From Mobula hypostoma (lineage: Eukaryota), in contig NC_086097.1 in assembly GCF_963921235.1 (NCBI RefSeq), positions 56,608,001 through 56,672,000 of the forward strand: a DNA stretch of 64,000 nt, in the 5' to 3' direction. The notes below the pieces were generated by a model that worked only from the letters and a program-made list of their open reading frames with translations, did no database searches and had not been told where the DNA came from. Shown here in pieces: positions 26,040-37,104 of the stretch; position 1 is the first letter of the stretch, and the number at the start of each line of letters is the position of its first letter. A program made the position numbers and the translations under genes.

Positions 26040-26675
26040 TGGCATTTATAGCGAGAGGATTCGAGTACAGGAGCAGGGAGGTACTACTGCAGTTGTACAA
26101 GGCCTTGGTGAGACCACACCTGGAGTATTGTGTGCAGTTTTGGTCCCCTAATCTGAGGAAAGACATCCTTGCCATAGAGGGAGTACAAAGAAGGTTCACC
26201 AGATTGATTGGGTTGGCAGGACTTTCATATGAAGAAAGACTGGGCTTGTACTCGTTGGAATTTAGAAGATTGAGGGGGGATCTGATTGAAACATATAAAA
26301 TCCTAAAGGGATTGGACAGGCTAGATACAGGAAGATTGTTCCTGATGTTGGGGAAGTCCAGAACAAGGGGTCACAGTTTGAGGATAAAGGGGAAGCCTTT
26401 TAGGACCGAGATTAGGAAAAACTTCTTCACACAGAGGGTGGTGAACCTGTGGAATTCTCTGCCACAGGAAACAATTGAGGCCAGTTCATTGGCTATATTT
26501 AAGAGGGAGTTAGATATGGCCCTTGTGGCTACGGGGATCAGGGGGTATGGAGGGAAGGCTGGGGCGGGGTTCTGAGTTGGATGATCAGCCATGATCATAA
26601 TAAATGGCGGTGCAGGCTCGAAGGGCCGAATGGCCTACTCCTGCACCTATTTTCTATGTTTCTATGTTTCTATGT
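26040..26675 (+). mobile_element. Young CR1 3' fragment, same subfamily as 5009-8460
   Basis: Near-identical to 7819-8460 including the (CTATGTTT)n tail. Confidence 0.95.
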
Positions 26676-29600
26676 CATGAGTGTCTTCAATTTCCCTAAG
26701 ATTGCTTGACAGTTCTTAGTGCAAAAAATGTAGATGGAACCAAATGTGTTTGGTGTGTCCAGGAAGGATTCCTGACACAATATGTAGACAGGCCAACTGC
26801 AGGGGAGGCCGTACTGGATCTGGTGGTGGGCAATGAACCAGGTTAGATGACAGATTTCTCAGTGGGAGAGCACCTCGGTGACAGTGACCACAAGTCCCTG
26901 ACCTTTACCAAATCCTTAGACAGGGATAGAAACAGATGGTATATAATTGGGGAAGGATGAACTATGATACTATTAGGCAGGAAATTGGGAGTGTAAATTG
27001 GGATCAGATGTACTCACACAAATATGAAGACTGTTTACGGAGAACCTGAATAGGATTCCAGAGAGATTTGTTCAAATGAGGCAGGGAAAAGATGGTAGAG
27101 TGAAGGAACCATGGTTGACAAGGGATGTGAAACATCTCGGCAAGAGGAAGAAGGAAGAATACTTAAGGTTTAGGAAGCCAAGATTAGGCAGGGCTCTGGA
27201 GAGTTATAAGGCAGCCAGGATAGAGTTTAAGAAGAGAGGTAGAAGGAACATGAGAAGGCCTTGGTGAGCTGGAATAAGGAAACTGCCAAAGCATTCGACA
27301 TATACTGTATTTTAAGAACAGAAGGATGACCAGACTGAGCATAGGATCATCAGGGTTAGAAGTGGAAACATGGGCCTGGAATCGGAGGAGGTAGGGACAT
27401 CCTTAATGGATACTTTGCTTCAGTATTCACCAGTGAGAGAGACCTTGATGAAAGTGAACACAGCATTGAATCACCTAACATGTGAAATATGTCGACTTTA
27501 AGTGTATGTGCTGGAACTTCTGAACAAATTAGGATAGATAAGTTCCAGGGTCATACTAAAAGAGATTGCTGAAGCCTTTGGAGATGATCTTGGTGTATGC
27601 TCACTGGCCACAGATGCAGAACCAGAAGATTGGATGGTGGTCAGTGATATTCCTTTCTTCACAAAAGTTAAAGGGGATTGCAGACCATTGAGTCTTACAT
27701 TAGTGATAGGCAAACTATTGGAGAGGATTTATGAGGAGTTGGTGACAGGATTTATGAGCATTTAGAGAACCATAGTATGATTAAGGATAGTCAGCTTGGC
27801 TTTGTGAGGGGCAGGTCATGCCTCATGAGCCTAATTGAATTCTTTGAGGAACTGACAGAACAAACTGATGAAGGTAGAGCAATGGATGTGGTGTATATGG
27901 ATTTTATTACGCCATTTGATAAGGCTCCCCATGGTAGATCCATTCAGAAAGTTAGGATGCATGAGATCCAAGGAAATGGCTGTGTGGATTCGGAATTGGC
28001 TTGGCTACAGAAGGCACAGGGTGGCAGTAGATGACAAGCAGTGCTCTGCAGGTATCTGTTCTGGGGCCCCTGTTCTTCATGATATTTATAAGTGACTTAG
28101 ATCAGGAAGTAGAAGGGAGGGTTAGTAAGATTGCAAATAATACAAGGGTTGATGGTGTTGTAGATAGTGCAGAAGGTTGTCATAGTTCACAGCAGGACAT
28201 TGATCTCAGCCTACAAAGCTAGGCTGAGAAGTGGCAGATGGAGTTCTATCTGAAAAATGCCATGTGATACAGTTTGGAAGATCTATATTGAAGGCAGAAT
28301 ACAAGATATATGGCAGGGTCCTTAGTGGCGTGGAGTAACAGAGGGATCTTGGGTCTAGGTTCATAGATCCCTCAAAGTTATCATGCAAGTTAATAGAGTC
28401 ATTAAGAAGGTGTAGAGTGTGTTGACCTTCATGAGTTAAGGGATTGAATTCAAGAGCTCTGAGGCAATGTTACAGCTCTATAAAACTCTGGTTAGGAGTA
28501 TTGTGTTCAGTTCTGGTCATCTCAATATACGAAGGATGTGAAAGTTTTAGAGAGGATACAGAGCAGAATGACCAGGATATTGCCTAGGTTAGAGACCATG
28601 TCTTATGAGGAAGCATGTGAATAAGACTTCTCACCTGAGAATGAACAAAGATAGAGGGGACTTGATAGAGGTGACTTGATAGAGGTGTACAAGATGACTA
28701 GATGCATTGACAGGGTGAGCAGCCAGTCCCTTTTACCCTGGTATACGAGAGGACATATTTTTAAGGTGATAGGAGAAAGGTCTTGGGGGGGTGTCAAAGG
28801 TAATTTTTATTACTTACAGAATGGTGTGTGCCTGGAATGCACTGCCAGGGTGCTGGTAGAAGTAGATACTCTAGAGGCATTTTACAGACTCCTTAATAAG
28901 CAACTGCGTGAAAGAAAAATGGGATAGAAGGATTTGATTGATCTTAGAGCAGGTTAAAAGGATGGCACAACTTTGCGGCCTGAAAGGCCTGTACTGTTCT
29001 GTACATTAACTGCCAGGTCACTCTGTCACTACAAAAAGCTGATCACTCATGCAGCTTAAAGGAGGCAGTAGAACTCTCACGAACGTATGCAAGTAACACA
29101 GTGTCAGCTTTAGATGGCTGTAGGGGGGCCATCAGAAACACTGCAGAGACTTAGCAAGTTATACTCCAGAATGCCAAAACTACAATACTACCTAATTAAT
29201 TATACTCAACAGTTGACTTCACAATTTACCATTGCTAAAATCAGCACTCCATGTTTGCCGATGGGTATCGGTTCCCACAAATTTCAATTTACCCTGCTGC
29301 TGAAGTAATTTCTGCTTATTCTAGACTCCTTTTTCATCTTGAACTTCGACAAGGCAAAACTGATTTCACCATTCAACATCTCAGAAGAAATATTCCTCTA
29401 GCTGGAAGACATCGAGGTCTAGACTTGTGAATCTTGTGATGGTTATCATGCAGGTCAGTGCCACCATTTGTTGTCTGTTTTTCAGTATACACTCAGTGGC
29501 TACTTTACCGACTCAGTAATGCAAATATCTAATCAGCCAATCACGTGGCAGCATCTCAATGCATAAAAAGCATGCAGACAGAGTCAAGAGATTCGGTTGT

Positions 29601-30747
29601 TGTTCAGATCAAACATCAGAATGGGGAAGAAATATGATCTAAATGACGTTGACCGTGGAATGATTGCTGGTGCCAGATGGAATGAACTGAGTATCTCACA
29701 AACTGTTGATTTCGCACTGTTGATCTTGTGTGTGTTCACGCACAATGGTCTCTAGAGCAGGGTTTCTCAACCGGGGTTCTGCAGAAACCTAAGGTTCCGT
29801 GAGCGATCGTGATTAAAACAAAAGTAGACATCGTATTTTGAACTTAGTGCAATGCGTGATGCTAGCGCTCTCAGTGATGGGTAGTGACCGTGCAGCCCCA
29901 TCAGCAATCTCAGCCCAGTATGGCAGTGCGCAGTAGGACCAAGTTTATTTGGTTGAGTCCAGTCTCAGTTGTTGATGTGAGATAGGGGAGGCCGTTGATA
30001 ACTGGTGACCGCCGTATTGCACGGAGGGAAGGACAGTAGACTGATGAGGAGCATAAAGTGCATTTTCCGAGTACTGACTGGACTTGCCCAACCTGGGGCA
30101 GTGACGTCAGCCTCTCCCTCTCAAATTACCTCCCCAACTTTCCCTTACGGACAGCCGACTGACTTATGGGAGTGAACAAACTCTACCAGTGTAGTAGAAA
30201 ATTGGAGTGATTTTTTCATTCTAAAAACAGTCCAATGTGGCAATTTTTGAAGAGGAGGTGTGAGATGGAAGAGGAAGATTCTAGGCCTTGGCCTACAGAC
30301 AATTGTGATAAGGTTAATGATGAAGAATTACAATCATCTGAGTCATTTCACTGCACTAGTCCAACACGGACAAAAAAACAGTCCATCTTCATAATGAAAG
30401 TTACTTATCAATGGGTTTTACATGGACTGGTGATCCAAATTGTCCTACTCCATTGTGCCTAGCCTGTGACAAACAACTTACAAATGCAGCAATGGCTGCA
30501 GCAAAATTGAAAAGAAATTTAACTACAAGTCACAGCTAGATGACACGTAAAAGTCCTGATTATTTTAAATAACTATTGGAATCTTAAAACAAACAGATTA
30601 AAGCTTTTGAAAATAAAGTCACAGTCAGTAAGAAGACTCAGAAAGCAAGTTATTTAGTTGCTTTAAGACTAGTTCATCCAAGAATATTTTTTAAATTGTG
30701 TGAAAACCTGGACAAAGAGCACACCAATTTCCTGCTACATACAGAAA

Positions 30748-31662
30748 GGGGTGTGTGCTTAGCCCACTTTATATTCATGACTGTGTGGCTAGGCATAGCT
30801 CAAATACCATATATAAATTTGCTGATGATACAACCATTGTTGGTAGAATCTCAGATGGAGACGAGAGGGTGTACAGGAGTGAGATATGCCAACTAGTGGA
30901 GTGGTGTCGCAGCAATTATCTTACACTCAATGTCAGTAAGACCAAAGAGCTGATTGTGGACTTTGAAAAGGATAAGATGAAGGAACACATACCAATCCTC
31001 ATAGAAGGATCAGAAGTGGAGAGAGTGAGCAGTTTCAAGTTCCTGGGTGTTAAGATCTCTGCGGACCTAAGCTGGTCCCAACATATCAATGCAATTATAA
31101 GGAAGGCAAGGCAGCGTCTATACTTCATTAGGAGTTTGAAGAGATTTGGTATGTCAACAAATACACTCATAAACTTCTATAGATGTACCGTGGAGAGTGG
31201 GGAGACTACTACACAGGACCAAAAGAAGCTGCAGAGGGTTGTAAGTTTAATCAGCTCCATCTTGGGTACTAGCCTACAAAGTAGCAGGACATCTTCAAGG
31301 AGCAGTGTCTCAGAAAGGCAGCATCCATTATTAAGGATCTCCAACACCCAGGGCATGCCCTTTTCTCACTGTTACCATCAGGAAGGAGGTACAGAAGCCT
31401 GAAGACACACACTCAACGATTCAGGAACAGCTTCTTCCCCTCTGCCACCCGATTCCTTAATGGATATTGAACCCGTGAACCCTCACTTTTTTAATATATA
31501 TTATTTCTGTTTTTTGCACAATTTTTTAATCTATTCAATATACGTATACTGTAATTGGTTTATTTATTTTTTATTATTACTATATTATTTTTTTCTTCAT
31601 CTATATTATGTATTGCATTGAACTGCTACTGCTAAGTTAACAAATTTCACGATTCTGATTCT
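30748..31662 (+). mobile_element. Rex1/Babar-like LINE 3' portion inserted in the hAT transposase
   Basis: ORF 30755..31402 (KFADDTTIVG, LNVSKTKELIVDF, KARQRLYF) and an (ATTCTG)n tail. GAAA is duplicated at 30744-30747 and 31663-31666. Confidence 0.9.
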
Positions 31663-32209
31663 GAAATCCGGTGGCTTAGCAGAGGAAGAGTTCTCAACTG
31701 TGTTTGAGCTGAAAGGTGAATTTCAGGAGTACTCTCAAGAAAATAGTGGGCCAGATTTTGCAGAGTGCTTTGAAGGTGAAGAATGGCTGCAGAAACTAGC
31801 CTACTTAACAGTCATTTTTCATCATATAAACCAGTTGAACAAGTCTCTGCAAGGCCCTGGAGAAAATGTTTTAAGACTTCAAGTGACAGGATTCTTGGAT
31901 TTAAAAGGAAACTGAATCTGGAAAAATCATGTTGCAAAAGGAAATCCCGAAGTGTTTTCACTCTATTTGGGCTTGAGAGCGAGAATGGATATCAGGAAGT
32001 CTTGAGTTTTATTGAAAACCACCTGGAAGAACTGCAGAACAAAATTGAACAGTATTTTTCCTCCCTTTCAACACAAGTTTATGACTGGGTGAGGGACCCT
32101 TTCTCTGAATCTTCTGCTCAGCCTGACTTTGAGAAAAGAGGAAGAACTTTGTGAGCTGCACTCTGATCATGCACTCAAGATGAGATTCACTGAGCTGTCC
32201 TGGACAAGT

Positions 32210-33570
32210 CCATGGAAAGTATTCTTAGAGATGGTATATATAATTATCTGAATAGACAGGGTCTGATTAGGAACAGTCAACATGGATTTGCGCGTGGAGG
32301 GTCATGTTTGTCAAATCTTATTGAATTTTTTGGTGAGGTTACTAGGAAAGTTGTCAAGGGTAAAGCGTTGGATGTTGTCTATATGGACTTCAGTTAGGCC
32401 TTTGACATGGTTCCAAACGGAAGGCTAGTTAGGAAGGTTCAATCGTTAGGCATTAATATCGAAGTAGTAAAATGGATTCAGCAGTGGCTGGATGGGAGAT
32501 GCCAGAGAGTAGTGGTGGATAACTGTGTGTCAGATTGGAGGACAGTGACTAGTGGTGTGCCTCACAGATCTGTACTGGGTCCAATGTTGTTTGTCATATA
32601 TATTAATGATCTGGATGATGGGGTGGTAAACTGGATTAGTAAGTATGCAGATGATACTAAGATAGGTGGAGTTGTGGATAATGAAGTAGGTTTTCAAAGC
32701 TTGCAGGGAGATTTAGACCACTTAGAAGAGTGGGCTGAAAGATGGCAGATGGAGTTTAATGCTGATTAATGTGAGGTGTTACATTTTGGTAGGACTAATC
32801 AAAATAGGACATACATGGTAAATGGTAGGGCATTGAAGAATGCAGTAGAACAGCAGGATCTAGGAATAATGGTGCAGAGTTCCCTGAAGGTGGAATCTCA
32901 TGTCGATAGGGTGGTGAAGAAAGCTTTTGGTATGCTGGCCTTTATAAATCAGAGCATTTAGTATAGGAGTTGGGATGTAATGTTGAAATTGTATAAGACA
33001 TTGGTAAGGCCAAATTTGGAGTATTGTGTACAGTTCTGGTCACCGAATTATAGGAAAGATGTCAAAAAAAAATTGAGAGAGTACAGAGGAGATTTACTAA
33101 AATGTTGCCTGGGTTTCATCTCCTAAGTTATAGAGAAAGGTTGAACAAGTTAGGTCTTTTTTCTTTGGAGCATAGAAGGTTGAGGGGGAACTTGATAGAG
33201 GTATTTGAAATTATGAGGGGGATAGATAGAGTTGACGTGGATAGGCTTTTTCCATTGAGAGTGGGGGAGATTCAAACAAGAGGACATGAGTTGAGAGTTA
33301 AAGGACAAAAGTTTAGGGGTTACATGAGGGGAAACTTCTTTACTCAGAGAGTGGTAGCTGTGTGGAACGAGCTTCCAGCGGAAGTGGTTGAGGCAGGTTC
33401 GATGTTGTCATTTAAAGTTAAATTGGATAGCTATATGGACAGGAAAGGAATGGAGGGTTATGGGCTGAGTGCAGGTCGGTGGGACTAGGTGAGAGTAAGA
33501 GTTTGGCACAGACTAGAAGGGCCGAGATGGCCTGTTTCCGTGCTGTAATTGTTATATGTTTATATGGTTA
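32210..33570 (+). mobile_element. CR1 3' fragment inserted in the hAT transposase
   Basis: RT ORFs 32212..32961 and C-terminus 33102..33488. The hAT frame reads LDK|FWISVKEE across the insertion. Confidence 0.95.
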
Positions 33571-34427
33571 AATTCTGGATTTCTGTGAAAGAAGAGAATC
33601 CTGCCATTCATAGGAAAGCCATGAACATTTTGCTGGAGTTTTCAACTTCTTACATGTGTGAGCAAGCTTTTTCTTGTTTAACAAGCATCAAGATCAAGGA
33701 TAGAAATCATCTCATTTCAGCTGAAAATGAAATACGTGTGCTTATCTCAAGTTCGATCGAGAAATGAGAAATTATGTTTGCCTTATGAATTCTTAAAATT
33801 TATGAAAGGGAAAGAAAGATATTAATTTCAAGAAAGGTAAGATAAAGTTCATTGTCTACTCAAAATAGCATTGGCAATTATTTTTTGATTATCGTATCTA
33901 CAATTTACTGATCACACTAACGTACCGTGAGCTGCAGATATAATATTTTTAATGCAGGGCTTCCCTGAGACCTGAAAACTATTTCAAGGTTTCCTCCAGG
34001 TCAAAAAGAAAGAACATCCAGTGAGCAGCAGTTCTGTGGGCAAAAGGGTTTTGTTAATGAGAGCGGTCAGAGGAGAATAGCCAAACTGGTTCAAGCTGTC
34101 CAGAAGGTGACAGTAATTCAAATAACTATGACAACAGTGATGTGCAGAAAAGCATCTCTGAATGCACAGCACATCAAACCTTGAAGTGGATGGGCTACAG
34201 CAGCAGAAGACCATGGTCATACACTCAGTGGTCACCTCAATAGTTACACGGGGTACCTAATAAAGTGGCCACTGAGTGTATATTTGTTTGAGTTTTAGTG
34301 GAATTGGAATGAAAGTCACAATTTTCCTGCCACTATTTCGACCAGCTTGAAAACCTGATTAATCAGAGAAGCCAGTTCTTAACTCATATGTTCATTATCT
34401 GGTCAAAAGTATTTTTTTTCAGCCATT

Positions 34428-34852
34428 TTAGAATATAGAACAATGCTTCACAACATAGATTGTTTGGCCCAGAATGGTGTGCTGACCATTTAACCTTCTC
34501 TAAAATCAGTCTGACCCTTCCCTGCTACATAGCACTCCATTTTTTCCATATCCCATGTTCCTATCTAAGAGTTTCATAAATGGTCCTGATGTATTTGCCT
34601 CTACTACCACCCTTGGCAGGGCGTTCTATCCACTCATCATCTCCATCTAAAGAACATAACTCTGACATCCCCATCCTAAATCACCTTAAAATATGTCCCC
34701 TCATATTATCTTTTTCTGCCCTGGGAAGGTCTCTGGCTATCAACTCAATCTATGCTTCATATCATCTTGTACACCTCTATCAAGTCACCTCTCATCCTCC
34801 TTCACTCCGAAGAGAAGCCCCCTAACTCACTCAACCTATCCTCATAAGACAT
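34428..34852 (-). mobile_element. CR1 3' fragment
   Basis: The minus strand encodes RMRGDLIEVYKMI...; tail near 34430. Confidence 0.8.
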
Positions 34853-35640
34853 ACTGAGCTGTGGACACAGCTCAATCCATCACAAAAATGAGCCTCCCTC
34901 CATGAACTCTGTATATAATTCCTACTGCTTCAGGAAAGTGGCCAACATAATCAAGGCCCTTTCCTCCCCAGTCATTCTTTCCTGCCACCCCTTCCGTCAG
35001 GTGAAAGATACAAAGGCTTGAAAACTTGCCCTACCAGGCTCAAGGCTAGCTTCTATCCTGCTTTTATAAGGCTCTTGTATAATCTCTTGTGCAATGAAAA
35101 TGAACTCTTGAACTCGTAGTAATATTAAGAGGAATAGATAGAGTGGACAGCCAGCGCTTCTTCCCCAGGGCACCACTGCTCAATACAAGAGGACATGGCT
35201 TTAAGGTAAGGGGTGGGAAGTTCAAGGGGGATATTAGAGGAAGGTTTTTTACTCAGAGAGTGGTTGGTGCGTGGAATGTACTGCCTGAGTCAGTGGTGGA
35301 GGCAGATACACTAGTGAAATTTAAGAGACTACTAGACAGGTATATGGAGGAATTTAAGGTGGGGAGGTTATATGGGAGGCACAACATTGTGGGCTGAAGG
35401 GCCTGTACTGTTCTATGTTCTATGTTCTATGTTCTATGTAGTCTGCTTCAACATCGGTTTTACACATTAATGTCTATCTGCACTGCACCTTCTCTGTTAC
35501 ACAACATGCTGCTTTCGGTTATTGCTTCCCCTTGTACTCCCACAAGGTACTTATGTCTTGAAATGATCTGTATGGATAGAAGGTAAAAAAAAGGCTTTCA
35601 CTTTATCTCAGTACACAAGACAATAACAGACCAATTACTT
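34853..35640 (+). mobile_element. Rex1/Babar-like 3' end interrupted by CR1
   Basis: PLPSGERYK.LKTCPTRLKASFYPAFIRLL. The 3' UTR resumes after 35442. Confidence 0.7.
35121..35437 (+). mobile_element. CR1 3' fragment with (TTCTATG)n tail and 5-bp TSD
   Basis: ORF 35143..35397. GTAGT at 35116-35120 and 35438-35442. Confidence 0.9.
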
Positions 35641-35905
35641 TTCCTCTTTACAAAGGATTCTTTGCTGCTACTATATTAGAGAAAAGTAACAATATATAGA
35701 GAAAAAAATAAGTTAATTTGTTTTATTGGATGCTGTTCAGCATAAATCTACAAAATAAGAGCTACTACTTTCATGACATTGTCTGCTAATGCCTTTACTG
35801 GTTTAAAGAATTTCCTCCCCTGCCCCCCTCCGCTCCACCAGTGCCTTTAACCTCATCCTCTCGCTGCCCACCTCCCACCCCCCACTCCATCCCACCACTG
35901 CCATG

Positions 35906-36883
35906 TCAGGCAAATTAGCCAGCAGTCCAAAGATGCTGTTCTTTTTAAATTCTTCTTCTTCTTATAAAGTTTAATGCTGATTGGCAGACCAATATTCTTC
36001 TTAAATTAGAAGCAACTGGCCTTTAAAAAGGAGCAATCTGAATGCTGTCAGTATGGTTACAAGTTATAAACCCTTCCTATTAGCTTACAATGCAAAGAAA
36101 TTAAGCACTTTTGCTAATTGGAGACAATTTCCCCTCTGCCCTCACTCACCATGGCCACTTACCTTGTGTTTTCAGGCAAATTAACCACCACTGTCACATA
36201 TCCTCACCCTTCCTCACTATGGCCACTTTTCCTCTCCTCTCCAGCAACTTTTCCCTGCCACTGGAGCCAACTAATGTCAGTAGTTCTTGGTGTATCAGCT
36301 CCAACTTCTTAAACTGCCGGTAGAAAATCTAGGAGGTCACCAAGCATCTTGAGTCCTTGATGGGAACTCACAGGAGCGAAGCAGCAGAATAGTAGACAAC
36401 ACTCTAAAACATCCCAACACCCCACACCCAGCCATGAAGCTCCAGAATCTAAAGCTCTCATCTGGGACACAGCTACCTCTCAAATGGAGCACATCCAATT
36501 CACGTTCAGTCCACAGGGAATTGCTAATAGGATGGTGAACACCCTTTCATGGTTGAATGGACCTAGAATGTACTTCCTTCCATTAACATGATAGAAAAGG
36601 ACTGAATGTTTCCCTTTTTTTTTGCCCCGTTAAATGTACATTAGTCGTGAACCTTATTACACATTTGATTATTGGTGTCCATTTATCCACTTACAGCGGC
36701 CTACTACCCAGTAGCAAAATCACAACTGATTAGCAAAAGGGCTTAATCTCTCTCTTAAACTAATAGGAAGGGTTTACAACCTGTAAACCATAGCTAAGTA
36801 TATTCAGATAGTTCCTCCTTAAAGGCTAATTCTTTCTATGTTAATGAGAATAGCACCTTTGAGCTGCTGGCAAATTAGCCTGA
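35906..36883. repeat. Diverged long inverted repeat (arms 35906-36118 and 36729-36883)
   Basis: Matching blocks include TAAACCCTTCCTATTAG / CTAATAGGAAGGGTTTA (17 nt exact), ATTAAGCACTTTTGCTAAT / ATTAGCAAAAGGGCTTAAT and TCAGGCAAATTAGCCAGCAG / CTGCTGGCAAATTAGCCTGA. Confidence 0.9.
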
Positions 36884-37104
36884 TTACAGAGTGCAGTCGG
36901 AGCACAGCTAAGGTGATACAGCACTGCGTGTGTCTGGCATCATGGAGAAGTGGCCTGCACTTGTTAAAGAGTTGTATTAGAGCTACAAATAACATTCACA
37001 GCACCTGCCATCAGTGTCAGCACATGCTGCCCTGGGGGGGGGGGGGCGTTAAGATAATTAGCAGTATAAGTGGCAAGTGAAATATATCACAGTTGCCAAT
37101 AAGT

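Larger units (their letters stand above)
24945..29008 (+). mobile_element. Older CR1 ORF2 (endonuclease to 3' UTR) hosting PLE and CR1 insertions
   Basis: YFNAKSIRNKGDELRAWI at about 24958. It resumes at 26674 with a VM..FNFP motif, has RT motifs at 27777-28222 and a 3' UTR ending 'ggcctgtactgttctgtac'. Confidence 0.9.
29758..34007 (+). mobile_element. hAT-Charlie/Buster-like DNA transposon, disrupted, right TIR lost
   Basis: Starts CAGGGTTTCTCAACC after the CTCTAGAG target. Remnants include YLSMGFTWTG..CPTPLC (BED-like), LLHTE|IRWLSRG, WLQKLAYL..IF and FSTSYMCEQAFS (dimerisation domain). Confidence 0.9.
29490..34278 (+). mobile_element. Tc1-like non-autonomous transposon (outer shell of a nest)
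   Basis: TA-CACTCAGTGGCTACTTTA ... TAAAGTGGCCACTGAGTG-TA. Transposase N-terminus MGKKYDLNDVDRGMIAGAR at 29621 continues after about 34010 (SSEQQFCG...LKWMGYSSRRP). Confidence 0.9.

Noticed and set aside
25994..26575. 193-aa ORF as a novel fusion protein
   Set aside because: It is a chance read-through from PLE pLTR sequence into a truncated CR1 C-terminus, begins at a non-ATG codon and has no catalytic domain.
29310..29460. Possible host exon (AG...GT bounded)
   Set aside because: All three plus-strand frames hit stops, and the peptides are not recognisable.
31665..33767. Domesticated hAT gene (ZBED5/SCAND3-like)
   Set aside because: It carries stops, frameshifts, a large deletion and two LINE insertions, and retains a TIR, so it is a dead transposon.
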